From positions 1 through 64,000 of the forward strand of contig CAUYUJ010000311.1 of the NCBI GenBank assembly GCA_963575745.1: a stretch of 64,000 nucleotides of DNA. Direction: 5' to 3'. The notes under the pieces are model-generated. The model worked only from the letters and a program-made list of their open reading frames with translations, did no database searches and had not been told where the DNA came from. Both the position numbers and the translations under genes were made by a program. Below are positions 1 to 11,521 of this stretch, in pieces; the stretch's first letter is position 1, and every line of letters begins with the position of its first letter. The DNA is from Prorocentrum cordatum (taxonomy: Eukaryota).

Positions 1-272
1 GGAGGAGGAGGAGGAGGAGAAGGAGGGTGACACGAGGAAGAGGAGGAGAAGGACGACGACGACACGACAACGAGAAGGATGGAGCGGGGGAGAGGGCCTG
101 GCCTTGGCCGCGGCACGCCTGGCCGCAGCGGCTGCGCCCAGGCCAGGCGGACTCTTGCCCACGACCTTCCGGCGCTTCGGCGGTGGCGGCGTCAGCGCCG
201 CGGCCGCGCCTGGCTGCTGCCCTGGCGCCGCGGCGGCGGGCGGCCCCCGCGGGGGCCCGGCGGGGGCGGTCA

Positions 273-2452
273 CCTGGACGTCCTTGAGCTTGTCGGCCTT
301 CTTCTGCACCTCCTTGTACAGTCGCCCATCGAGTATGTCGATGCTCATGGCCTTCAAGCGGTCGGTAGCGTCGGCAGTCTTCGTCAGGAGCCACTCCACG
401 TTCGTGGCGTCGTGGTTCAGCCCGATCCTCAGGGTGGCGGCCGAGGCTGCGTCCTCGCCCATCTGCGCGGTGGGGTTGCTGCCGGTGGGGGCCTTCTAGG
501 CTTCTATCATTATTTCTTCCCTCCTCATCCTCCTCCCCCCCGCCTCCCCTTCCCCTCCTCCCCCTCCTCCGCCTCCTCCTCCTCCTCCTCCTCCTTCCCC
601 TCCTCCTCTCCTCCTCCTCTCCTCCTCCTCCTCCTCCCCCTGCTGGGCGCGGGGCGTTGGCCCTGGCCCAGGCGCCGCAAACTTGACCGCTTCCAGCAAC
701 CACAGCCCGAAGTCCTCGTTCGAGAGCTTGAAGCCGCGGTCAGACGTCTTGCCACTTTTGATGTCCAGGAAGGTTGCGAAGATCTGCTTCATCACCGACA
801 CGATCGATTCGTTCGAGATGCTAGCGTTGCCGAACACCACCTCGGCGAGCGCCCACTTGCGGAAGTTCGCCCAGAGATCGAGGTCCTTCTCGAAGTCGGC
901 GAACGTGTTGTTGCAGAAACGGCACTGCTCAAAGTAGTTCATCGACACGATGACCCGCCGCTTGATGAGGTCGGGAAACGTCTTATTGATGAACGCCCAG
1001 GTCCGCTGGCGCAAGCTCTCAGTCGAATCGCGGGTGGCAGCGACGTTCCCCTCGAGATACGCTTCCCAATCGACCTGGACAATTCTGGAATGCTCCATGG
1101 ACTCGAGAAACGTAATCGACTGCTTCTGGTTCCAATCAAAATTCATGAAGTCCTTGAGCCACAGAATCACGCCCTTCGGTGTCTTGAAGGTGAACACCTG
1201 GACCCTCGCCAAACCCTTCTTGAGCCCCGCGACCACGTCAACGTTGCGCGGATTCTTCTCCAGCGCCATGTAGAAAGCCGTTGCGAGATGCGCGCCAGCG
1301 AACAACCTGCACGGCGGCACTTCGCCTTCGCTGAGCTGAGCCATCGGGACCCCGCGGGAATCCCCCGACAGGCCCCACTGGAGGATATTCTCCACCTGCG
1401 TCTTCAGGGTCTGGAGCTGCTCCCTATCGTTGAGCTCATGGCGCTTGAAGTTCGGGCGACCGTCCGCATCGAACCACGGGAGCGTCGTATCGAGGAGCGT
1501 CGGTACCTCGGGAAAAACCAGCCCCTCTCCCCCCTCCCTCATCCCCCCCCTCAGCCCCCAGGAGTCTCCCCCAGCCCCCAGGGGCTGGTGCGATTAACAG
1601 AAACGCGTGGTTTTGCATGGGGCGGCCCAAGTCCAAGATGACCCAGGGCGGCTCGAGGCTCCAAGGGCGCCTCAGAGAGTCCAAGGTGAGTCGCCCTCCT
1701 CCTCCTCCTCATCTCTCCTCCTCCTCCTCCCTCCCTCCTCTCTCTCTCCTCCCCTCCTCCTCCTCCTCCTCCTCCTCCTCCTCCTCCTCCTCCTCCTCCT
1801 CCTCCTCCTCCTCCCCCTCTTCCTCGTTCTCCTCCGCCCCCCCCGCCTCCTGCCGCCTCCTCCTCGCGCCTGCGGGCCTCCAAGTCGTGGGCCTGTGAGG
1901 CCCGAGCCTCCGGCCCCCGAGTGGCCATCCGACTCACCAAACCAACTCCCCTCTTTATCATGCCCGGATCTCCCCGAACACGCTCTTGCACATCTCAAGG
2001 CGGACCACCCCGTGCAGCGTGGGCATGCGTTCATCGATGCTCTCGATCGCGGGGTCGAGAAGCCTCTGAAGGTGATCCTGTTCCACGCCGCGGCTGCTGC
2101 AGCCGTCCATCGATCTCCAGCAGCTAGCAGCGCAGAGTCTTGAAGGGTGGGAGGCTGACAGAATAGGTAGGCGTCGGCGCCGGGCCAGAAGCTGCAGGGA
2201 GCAGGGAGAGCGCGGCGGCCAGAGGCTCTGGGCTCTGAGGGGAACGACGGCGAGGCTCGCTCAGGGCCCAGGGGGGGCGCGAGGAGGGAGACGAGGAGGA
2301 GAGAGTCGGATAGCGGCCGCGAATGCGTTTGGATGGTGAGCTTTTCCATGAATTTGGTCGGACTTCCAGATGCGTCGAGCTCCTGAGCTCGCCCTCCTTT
2401 TCGACGAGCCCCCGGAGCCGTTGGTTTCGGGCCCTTCGGGCCCCAGGACATC
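273..2452 (-). CDS. Multi-exon gene with a putative ParB/Sulfiredoxin-like domain (continues past the left edge; exon limits approximate)
   Basis: Protein-like minus-strand segments at ~2452-2318, ~2190-1965, 1506-~670 and ~492-273, separated by GGA/CCT-rich introns with AG acceptors (ttcccgag|GTA at 1506) and GT/GC donors. The main exon reads RHELNDREQLQTLKTQVENILQWGL..RGVP..CRLFAGAHLATAFY..VQVF..KDFMN..SITFLE, echoing the ParB pattern (SI..G..P..GxxR..A..N..E). The domain call is inference. Confidence 0.55.
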
Positions 2453-2492
2453 CGAAACAAAGTTGGGTTATGACTCGAGACTCTTTGTTGTT

Positions 2493-2559
2493 GGCTCAAG
2501 GTTGCATTTCGCAAATCCAGATGTCCGAAATCTGGATTTGGGAAATGCAACCTTGGGCC
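2493..2559. promoter_or_regulatory. Hairpin with 30-bp arms just upstream of the ParB-like gene
   Basis: ggctcaaggttgcatttcgcaaatccagat (2493-2522) pairs with atctggatttgggaaatgcaaccttgggcc (2530-2559), 2 mismatches, 7-nt loop. It is flanked by the 12-bp direct repeat tgactcgagact (2471-2482, 2583-2594). A regulatory role is inferred. Confidence 0.5.
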
Positions 2560-3353
2560 CCCCCCCCAAAAAAAAACAAGTCTGACTCGAGACTGGAGGG
2601 GGACAACGACGACGACGATTTCGGAGGGGGGAGAGGCGGGGGGGGAGAAAGTAAATGCGCCAGGAGCCAGGGGTGCGGTGCAAGGAAGGATGCGCCCACG
2701 GCACCATCTCACCATGCATGTTCCCCCCCCCCTTCGCCCCCTCGCCCTCGCTGCCCACTCCGACTCCGAGAGAGACCGGGGCCCGGGCCACTGCCAGCTG
2801 GCTGGCTGCCAGCGGTGTGCCAGGGTAGGTGTCGCCAATTACAGTTGCTAGCAAGATGGATGTGAGATGGAGTGCGCGCAGGAAACTGGCGGTTGGCAGT
2901 TGGCAAGACTTGGCAAAGGTGGCCGCGTGAATGAACCCAAGCTCCACCCCCCCCGCGATTTCTGGGGGGAAGCACCTCGCTCGAAAGCTGAGCTACCGAG
3001 CGAGTGTATTCCGACCTCCCCCTAAGAAATCGCGGGCGTGGGGGCAGGGTGCATCGACGTGGCGTCGAAGCGACATTGACGATGACGCGGGGGTGAGGGG
3101 TGGATGAGGCCACGACGCGCTGCCGCATCTCCCGCGCACTCTCCCCCTGTTGCGCGCGGAGGCGTCGCCTGCGCCGCCGTTGCTGGACGCGGTCCGCCAG
3201 GCGGCACCGCGAGCATGCAGGGCTGGGAGCTGGGAAAGAGGGTTGGAATGGCGGGGTGGAAGGGAACTGGTGGGGGGGGGTCGGGGCGAGGGAAGGTGAA
3301 TTGGCAAAGCTAGAACCGCATGCGTGGCTCACTGGCTCACGTTAGATTGCGGG

Positions 3354-6300
3354 TCACACAGAACACTCCAACTGATCGACAAACGCAACTGCAAATACCA
3401 TCATTGCTCCAGCAACATTCACGTGCATCGCGTTGCCAACTTGTTTGCAGGTGGCAGCGCGGCTGCGGTCACGGCCGTGGTTAAAAGAACACAAGGGCGC
3501 GCTATGCTGGAGATTCTCCGGCGTCAAGTCGCGCAGCGAGGTGTCGGCAAGCAACGGGAAACCTTGGAGCAACAGGAGCTCGACAGGCATCAACCAGCGG
3601 TGTGCCCACATCGCCCACTCGATATCACAATGACAAGTAATTGTATGCATTAGTTCCTCATCACCATAATGAGCACGACGTGTGGGGTCCTGCGTCAGGT
3701 TCACGACGATGTGTCGTTGGCCTGCTATTCGCTCGTAGCCCTGCAAGAACTCCTCCTCATTGACACTGAGGGCGAGGCGAAACGCACGACCGACATCATC
3801 TGCGCTGGTCTCCGAACTCTGACTGGCAGGACGAGCGCGCGCCCATGCCAGATCCTTGGCAATACAGTCTGGGGTAGCAATCAGGAACTCGTTCCACGAG
3901 CATTGGGGGTCCACCTTCAAGAAACGCAAGTATTCAGACATCTCAATGCGTGGGCGCGCGGTGCCGCGGCGCAGCAGAACAGACCACCTCCGTGGCCGAC
4001 GCACGGGCCACCCAAGCTCCGATGGGCACACCACGAGCGTCATGATATGGTAAACGTCTCCAAGGCATGACTCCAATATCGACGGGTCGAATAAATGGCT
4101 GTTCTCGTGCACAAGAACAGAAGGCATGCCCAACCTCATGAGACACACCCACGCAACGAATGCTTCCACTGTTTTCCCCATGCCGCACTCCCGCTTCCCA
4201 ACTGGAGCCCAATCCACGCATGGGGCCCCTGCGCAGTGGACGCGCCCTGCCCTGTATCTGCAACGCCTCCCGTGCTGCACGCATGGGGCGCGCCCGTCTG
4301 TCGCAGTGGCGGCGCGCCTCCAAAAGCCTGAATCAGTCAATCCGTCCAGCGAGAGCGTGCCTGCATCTCGCTTTTGCTGCAGCATATCACGCGCGTCATC
4401 TGACAGAAATTCAGTGATGTCGGAGAACAAGCATTCAGGCGCACTCGGGTGAATCAAGAGTTCATCCTGGCACTCTGCGTTCAACTCTATGGCAGCCGCG
4501 TGCGCAGGGTGAGCACATGGCCCGCCTGTCGCCAGCTCGACGGCGCGGGCGATCATGCAGAACGCAGTTCCAGGAGCATCGATGCCAGAGAACGCCGTGC
4601 TGTATACCACCTGTGGTAGCTGCTGAGCGAGATGGTCGGTTAGCGATGCTGGCCCGGCCGGCGGCGGCGCCTCCACGCCGCGCACGAGTCGCCGCCGCAA
4701 CTTGCGAGGGCGTCGAGGGCGCAGATGCTCAAAGCAGCTGGCCAACGTGCTCAGCGCCAGTGTAGACCACCCAAACAAGGCTGCCATCCCCGGCGGAAAC
4801 TCGGTTGGGGCCCTTGGGGGGGGATGCGATGGGCACGGCGGCGGCGGCATCGCGTCGCGGCGCGATCGCGCGCGAGGTGGGCGCTCCTCGCCCACGATCC
4901 GCCGCCGCGGTGACCTCGAGGACGGCGGCGACCTCGAGTGCTCGTCGGGCACCCACGCAGGCGGTCGGCCGTCGAGGTCGCTGCGCGCTATGCGCGGCAA
5001 CACAAGGTGCCGACTGCTGCGACCTGTGTCCATCGGCCATGGCCAATCTGGCAAAGTTGCCGGCGACGCTGTCTCTGTTGGGGCAGGGGCCTCCGTCGGA
5101 GGCGACAGCAGCGCTGCCGCGCTGGACGGCGGCACCGCTGCCCCGGAGTCGACGTCGGCCATCAGCGCCGCGCCCATCGCCGCGAGCACAGCAGCGTCTG
5201 CGGCGATGCTTGCGCCATGGCCGCCTTGGGCCATGCGCATGTCACCCTCGCTGGTGGGAGGTGGCTCAGGCTGAGTCTGCTGAGCTGGGGCGGCTGCGGC
5301 TGCGGTGTCCACGGGAGCGGGAGCGGCGGCCGCCGCGGCGGGGTCGCGCGACACCGCCAGCGCAGCGACCGTCGTCGCAGGTATCACCTGGCCTGCGCCG
5401 TCGGCGTCGACGGGCGGATGATCGCTCCCGCGCACGGCGTGCGCCGCGGCGGCTGGCGACCTGGCGGGCGCGTCGGCGCTGGGTGACCACGGAGGCAAAG
5501 TCTCCAGCTCAGCATGGAGCGGACCCGTGGCCAAGTCATGGGCGTCGCCCGCTGTGCTCTGCGGTTGCCCGTCGACAGGACACACAGGGCTCGACGGGGC
5601 CCGGGCCGCGCGCCCAGCGGGCTCCGCAGGGCTCGCTGCGGCAGCGACGGGAGCTGCCTGATGGAGCTGCTCGGCGTCGTCGCGGGCGCGAGGCTGGCTC
5701 GCTTCCGCAAGCGCAGATGCGCAGGCCGAGCCGGTGTCGTGCTGATGACAGCCATCACCCAGAGGAAGCACAGCATCGGTCGCCGCGATAGGAGCAGTCG
5801 CGGCAGAACAGATGATATCGGCGGTGCCGAAGGTGATCCACTTCCCGCGTCTACAGCTCGGGCCGACCTCGATCGCGTTCGCCGCGTCAATCACGGCACA
5901 CGGCGTGAAGATCCAGCAACTGATCCTGGTTGATGCGGAGACGGTGCGACCGGGGTAGACTTGCTGCGCGGCTGACCAGAACGTGGTAGAGGAACCGAGG
6001 TATTCAGTGAAGGCGCCGAAATTCTCTGGAGATAACGAATACGATCCCTCAAATTTTGCTATCCTGCGCGTCTTGTAACTACCGACGGAGGAGACATCAT
6101 CACTGAACAGATATACGTTATCATTAGCAGATAAAAAACGGCATGGTGTTGTCTGCACGACGCCAGTTGTGCGCCCCTCAACCATATCACACAACGTAGA
6201 ACTCGACACAACGAGACCCCGCTGTTTTCCATCAGTCGATACAACGATGGGTGCCTGAGGCATAGTGGCTCGTGTGGCACGCGGCGCAAGTGTGCTGGGG

Positions 6301-6419
6301 CCTAAATGGTTACGGACAGCAGATATGCCATGCGAATGGCCGTCCGTCGCGAGAAGTAGGTAGCAAAACACATGAAGTAGGAGTGCGTTTGGTGGCAGGC
6401 GATTGAAGGAGGCAGCCAT
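3354..6419 (-). CDS. C5-cytosine DNA methyltransferase with N-terminal ASCH/PUA-like domain and Ala/Pro-rich linker (likely start MPQAP near 6263)
   Basis: 1021-aa ORF with the C5-MTase motifs in canonical order: I AFSGIDA (~4590), II AIELN, III FSDITE, IV AGAPCVDW (~4225), VI VHENS (~4100), VIII GWPVRRPRRW, IX RWLMPVELLLLQGFP, X KQVGNAM (~3430). Confidence 0.9.
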   Translation of the reverse strand: MAASFNRLPPNALLLHVFCYLLLATDGHSHGISAVRNHLGPSTLAPRATRATMPQAPIVVSTDGKQRGLVVSSSTLCDMVEGRTTGVVQTTPCRFLSANDNVYLFSDDVSSVGSYKTRRIAKFEGSYSLSPENFGAFTEYLGSSTTFWSAAQQVYPGRTVSASTRISCWIFTPCAVIDAANAIEVGPSCRRGKWITFGTADIICSAATAPIAATDAVLPLGDGCHQHDTGSACASALAEASQPRARDDAEQLHQAAPVAAAASPAEPAGRAARAPSSPVCPVDGQPQSTAGDAHDLATGPLHAELETLPPWSPSADAPARSPAAAAHAVRGSDHPPVDADGAGQVIPATTVAALAVSRDPAAAAAAPAPVDTAAAAAPAQQTQPEPPPTSEGDMRMAQGGHGASIAADAAVLAAMGAALMADVDSGAAVPPSSAAALLSPPTEAPAPTETASPATLPDWPWPMDTGRSSRHLVLPRIARSDLDGRPPAWVPDEHSRSPPSSRSPRRRIVGEERPPRARSRRDAMPPPPCPSHPPPRAPTEFPPGMAALFGWSTLALSTLASCFEHLRPRRPRKLRRRLVRGVEAPPPAGPASLTDHLAQQLPQVVYSTAFSGIDAPGTAFCMIARAVELATGGPCAHPAHAAAIELNAECQDELLIHPSAPECLFSDITEFLSDDARDMLQQKRDAGTLSLDGLTDSGFWRRAATATDGRAPCVQHGRRCRYRAGRVHCAGAPCVDWAPVGKRECGMGKTVEAFVAWVCLMRLGMPSVLVHENSHLFDPSILESCLGDVYHIMTLVVCPSELGWPVRRPRRWSVLLRRGTARPRIEMSEYLRFLKVDPQCSWNEFLIATPDCIAKDLAWARARPASQSSETSADDVGRAFRLALSVNEEEFLQGYERIAGQRHIVVNLTQDPTRRAHYGDEELMHTITCHCDIEWAMWAHRWLMPVELLLLQGFPLLADTSLRDLTPENLQHSAPLCSFNHGRDRSRAATCKQVGNAMHVNVAGAMMVFAVAFVDQLECSV

Positions 6420-6679
6420 CGATGCTTGAAGTAGGAAGGCGCTTAAAGTACGGTAGAATGGGAACCAGAGGCCGTGGGCCTTGGGGTCCAGAAAGACATG
6501 CGTTCAACAAGGAGGAGGAGGGGAAGGGTGAGGAGGAGGAGTGGGAGGAGGAGGAGGAGGAGGAGGAGGAGGAGGAGGAGGAGGAGGAGGAGTTGTAGGA
6601 CCAAAAGGAGTGAGGAGTCGAGCAGGAGGAGGAGGTGGAGGAGGTGGCGGGGGAGGAGGGCGAGGAGAGGGGGAGAAGG

Positions 6680-7262
6680 GGCCCATGAGGGCCCCGATAC
6701 GGTTCCAGGGGCGCCCCGAGACGGCCCCAAGATAGCTCCAACGGGGCACCAAATGTGCCCTGGAGAGCTATATAACCAACGTCTCGACTTATATAGCACC
6801 CCCGGGACCTTTTGGGCACCCCTTGGAGCCCTCTTGGGCCCCTCCAGAGGCATCGGGAAGAGCCCAGGAGAGGGCGCCACATGTGCCCCAGAGTGCTATA
6901 TAACCAACGTCTCGACTTATATAGCCCCCCGGGGTCATTTTGGACAAATCTTGGAGCCCTCTTGGAGCCCTCTTGGGCCCCTCCAGAGGCAGCGGGAAGA
7001 GCCCGGGAGAGGGCGCAATACCCAACGCCTCGACTTATATAGCCACCTGGGATCCTTTTGGGCACCTCTTGGAGCCCTCTTGGAGCCCTCGTGGGCCCAT
7101 CCAGAGGCATCGGGAAGAGCACAGGAGCGGGCGCCACATGTGCCCCAGACAACTGTAGACCCAACGTCTCGACGTATATTGCCCCCTGTGGTCCTTGTGG
7201 GCACCGCTTGGAGCCCTCTTGGAGCCCTCTTGGGCCCCTCTGGATGCATCGGGAGGCGCCCA
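6680..7262. repeat. Degenerate ~120-130 bp tandem repeat (cttggagccctcttgggcccctccagaggcatcgggaagagc...ccaacgtctcgacttatatagc)
   Basis: About four copies visible. The ggagccctcttgggcc core resembles the repeats at 55175-55325 and 62785-64000. Confidence 0.8.
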
Positions 7263-7726
7263 GGGGAGGAGGACGAGGAGCGGCTGAGGAATGCGAGGAG
7301 ATGCTGAGGAGGCCGACGAGGGCCCACCAGACCCACGTCTGGGTGACCCAGAAGCGATCCGCAGCCGCCTCCGCGTGACCCGGATGCGCCCTCCGAGTGA
7401 CTCAGAGTCGCTCCGAAGCTGCCGTGGGGCGATCAAGATGCGCCCCACAGACGTATCCGGGTGACCCAGAGACTGCCCAGGCCCGCATCCGGGTGACCTG
7501 GAGACGAGTCGGACGCTGAGGAGGATGAGGAGGAGGAGGAGCAGGAGGAGGATGACAGATGGTTAGGTACGTGCCAGGAGGAGGACAGATGGCAGGAGGA
7601 GGAGGAGGAGGAGCTGTAATGATCATGAGTACATGTGATATGGGGGAGTGCATGTGCCCGAGCGGCCCGAGCTCTCGCAAGAGGTCACAGGTTCCTCCTC
7701 GTATACGGCTATGATGGCACATCTGC

Positions 7727-9060
7727 GATGCAAATGGCTTCGCATTTGCAAACATCGCGGATGCAAAGCAGTTTGCATTGTAGCGGTGCTCACGTAGCTG
7801 ATGCAAATGGGATTGCATCGCAGTGTTTAGCACACTCGCGATGCAAATCCATTTGCATCGGTCATTGTGGCGCAACTACAATGCAAATGAGGTTGCATCG
7901 AGTATGATTGACGATGCAAAGTGGGTTGCATCGGAAGGGTGCCGACGTAGCTGATGCAAACGGGTTTGCATCACAACAGTGTGATCGTAATCGATGCAAA
8001 CGAGTTTGCATCGTGATACCTCGCGCATTCACGATGCAAACCCGTTTGCATCGGTCATGATGGTACAACTACAATGCAAATGGTGTTGCATCGAAGGTTG
8101 CCGATGCAAGGCGGTTTGCATCGGAAGTGTGCCGACGTTGCTGATGCAAACGGGGTTGCATCACAGCAGCGCGATCGTAACCGATGCAACCGAGTTTGCA
8201 TCGTGATACTTCGCATATTCACGATGCAAACCCATTTGCATCGGTCATGAGGGTACATATGCAATGCAAATGGCATTGCATCGACTATGAGTGTCGATGC
8301 AAAGCGGTTTGCATCGGACGGGTGCCAATGTAGCTGATGCAAACGGGTTTGCATCACAGCAGTGCTATCGTAACCGATGCAACCGAGTTTGCATCGTGAT
8401 ACGTCACACGTGCACGATGCAAACCCATTTGCATCTGCTATATTGCCAGAGTTGCGATGCAAGTGGACTTGAATCACAACGGCGACACCATATCCAATGC
8501 AAACGGGCTTGCATCATGGCGAGTACCACGTCCACGATGCAAACAAGCTTGCATCGGCTACGGTTGCAGCGCTGCGATGCAAACATGGTTGCATCGGATA
8601 CGTCAGCAATCATATGATGCAAACCACCTTGCATCGGCAAACATGGCCGATGCAAAGCTAGTCACATCGGAAGGGTGACAACATAACCGCTGCGATGCAA
8701 GCCTGTTTGCATTGTATATACCAACATTATTGCGATGTGACCGGCTTCACATCGGCGGTTGGCGCCGATGCAGAACGGGTTGCATCGTAATGATGTCAAC
8801 GTGGCAGATGCAAACGGTGTTGCATTGGTACACGTCGATGACGCAAAACACATTGCATTGCAACATGACCAACGCAGCTGATGTAAACGGGTGTGCATCG
8901 TGAGTGCGTGAAGCATCCCGATGCAATCTCTTGTGCGTCAGCGACGTTGGCATCGTTACTATGCAGATCGCGTTGCACTAGCAAAGGGTGCCGTTTTGTG
9001 CTTCGCATCGGTGTGCATCGTGATGAGTCACGCGCTCACGATGCACTCCAGTGCGCGTCA
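7727..9060. repeat. Interspaced palindrome array: ~35 units of GATGCAA-N6-TTGCATC, period mostly 40 bp (sometimes 33)
   Basis: Unit starts at 7727, 7760, 7800, 7840, 7880, 7913, 7953, 7993, 8033, 8073, 8103, 8143, 8183, 8223, 8263, 8296, 8336, 8376, 8416, 8456, 8496, 8536, 8576, 8616, 8649, 8694, 8734, 8767, 8807, 8840, 8880, 8920, 8960, and degenerate units at ~9000 and 9040. Confidence 0.95.
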
Positions 9061-11306
9061 GCTGCGCGGGCGACGCTGCGATTCCAACGGGTGCGCAGCT
9101 GCTACGTGCGCGACCAGGCATAAGAGAGCGGAGACGGGAGGAGGTTGGTAGAGAGGATGATGATGATGAGGAGGAGGCAGGGGGCGCATCTTGGACTCTC
9201 TGGGGCGCTCGTGGACCAGTTTGTTTTGTTTTCCAATCCTAGGCGATGCCGAATGTTGTCGCTCGAACTTGCCGCATGGGCATCTTGGTTGTACCAGTAT
9301 GGTGTTATCATGGACAATAAAAAACACGTGTTACTATTACTAGCAATATGCATCATCATATTTATGTTTACCACTGGCCGCAGCATTATGCTTATTATTC
9401 GTATCGCTGTTATTAATATGCTCTAGTCTGCGTCGTAGTATCCCTCGTGCTTTCAATGCTATCACTAGTGCGCTTATGAGTATTACCATGATACGTGTTA
9501 TTGTTTCTCGTATTGGGACTCTGCTGGTTCTCATTATTAACATTATTATCATGAGGATTACTAGTATTAGCAGTTGTTTTCGTATCAATCATATGAAGTC
9601 CGAGGAGAAGGGCGATGAGGATGATGAGGAAACGGTTACGAGTGGGGGTTGTGCGGAGGCGGTGGGGAGGGTAAGAGGGGCATGCCCGTCGATGTGCAAT
9701 TCAAGCAGTGGTTTATATCAGCGAGGTGTGCGATCCGAATACTAACCTGTGATGGACAACTCGTTGGTGGCATATTGGAATCACAGTGGGGTCCTCTTGT
9801 GTCTACCTTGGCGGGCCACTGTCATTGATGTTCCACGTGGCAGGTACATGCAACGCTCGAGCCCCCTGACTGGCCCTTCTTGGCGCCCTCTCGGTGCCCT
9901 CGTAGACCCCTCTTGGAGAAGCCAACATGTTTGAACCCCAATAGGAAACATGCACTCAACGAGCTGTAACTCGATCTCTCCTGGGGCCCCTCTCAGCTCT
10001 GAGTAGGAGAGCGAACGATCACTACCGCTGCACCTGGGCCCCGCCACCAGGACCTCAAACAAAAGCACGGGGTGCCGCTGTGTCGCCCGGGCCCCGCCGG
10101 GCAAATTTTCAAGTACCAAAAGGGTGCCTTTTATGGTCCTGCAAAACCTGCCCGGGGTGGGCTGTTCTGTGCCGAGGGGTCATTTGGTCCTTGAAAAACT
10201 GCCCGAGAAACAGTCGCGCTGCCCTGGGCCGTTTCGGGGCCTTCCTGGGCCGCCACCGAGCATCCACGTCTAGTCTTTGCCGCGGCGCACCGCCCCCGCC
10301 CTGCAGCGCGAACCTAGCGGGTCGCTGCGCGATGGGCGAGGGGGGGCCCGCCCTCGACCTCCCCGGGGCGCGCCCAGAGAGTCACGAAACGAAGCCCGAC
10401 AGTGAGGATGTCACGAAGTTTACACCACCCACCACCGCCACCACCTGGCACCGCGACCCCCCTTCTCGGACAGCTGACTCTCTGGCTGGGGATCCTGGAG
10501 GGAGCGCGCGCTGAATTGGATTCGGCAAGAATGAGCGGGACCGCGCTGAATCTATTGTCATGCACCTGGCTCGTGACGATTTGTGTTGGAGGAGGGCCGG
10601 GCGGTGGTGGTGGTGGGTTTCCGCCCAATCTTAGGGCAGTCTTAACACCCTCTAGGGAAAGCCAGAGTCATTAGTTTCACATGGGTGAAATCACGCCTAC
10701 CGAAGCGTAACGCACCGTCTTCGAAATTCTCGGGTGGATAGTCTTGCGGTCGCAAGAGGGCGGCCAATCGACGCCTCCCTCCATCCCCTCCTCCTCCCCT
10801 TTCCTCCTCACCCTGGCCCTCCTGGCTGCGCGCTCGCGCGCGCCTGCGCCTCCGGCTTGATCGACGCCCGGTAGCCAGCGGCGGGCGGGGGCGCGGGTGG
10901 TGCCGGCGGGCCGGCGGGCCGGCCGGCGGTTTCCCACTCGACTCCACCCTCTGCTAACTTTGCTGCAGACTGCCACGAGCTGGCAAGTGAGAGAACCCAG
11001 AGTCGGAGGGCGCAACCGAATGTCATGCCAGAACGAGAAGGGGAGTGGCGAAGAGGAAGGTCGGTGAACTGGGCTGTCGGGGGGAGGTAAGTTTGGGGGC
11101 GCGGGAAGGGCGCAGGCGGATATGGGAGGCGGGGCGGGGGTAGGACGAGCGAGTGAGAGCGAGAGACAAGAAGGAGGTAGCAGGGGAGCGGGAGAGACTC
11201 GGACGATGCAGACATGAGCATCAGCAGACGTCGCAGCGGCGACCCGTCAGACCGTGAGTGCGTAAGGCATTGCAAGCGACGGCAAGGCTGTAACGGCCTT
11301 CTCGCC

Positions 11307-11475
11307 TATGGCAGTGGGCCGAGCAGCATCTGGCACAGCCTGCAGACGCTGAATGAAAACGCATCGGGCAAGAGCAGGATCAGGCTGATCGGATCAGGCC
11401 GCAATCCCGTGCGCGCCGCATCGACGGCAGGGCGACCTGCCATGCCGACGCCGCTGGCGTCAAAGCTGTGGCATG
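11307..11475 (-). repeat. Diverged tandem duplicate of the last ~55 codons of the transposase (second half of the PHD finger plus stop)
   Basis: Translates HSFDASGVGMAGRPAVDAARTGLRPD..LPDAFSFSVCRLCQMLLGPLP* versus HSFCAIGVGMASRPAVDAARAGLRPDLAVLPDAFSGSVCRLCQMLLAPLP* at 11522-11690. Confidence 0.85.
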
Positions 11476-11521
11476 GCGAAAGCACTTGAAAGCGACGACA
11501 AAGTGGGAACGGCCAACTCGC

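Noticed and set aside
79..1641. 520-aa plus-strand ORF
   Set aside because: Antisense shadow of the minus-strand exons plus microsatellite.
7727..9060. Canonical CRISPR array
   Set aside because: Eukaryotic context, no cas genes, variable repeat loop, and several spacers recur as a higher-order repeat. Reported as an unexplained array instead.
7402..9151. Cys/Met-rich short ORFs
   Set aside because: Translations of the palindrome array; the 40-bp period is not a multiple of 3.
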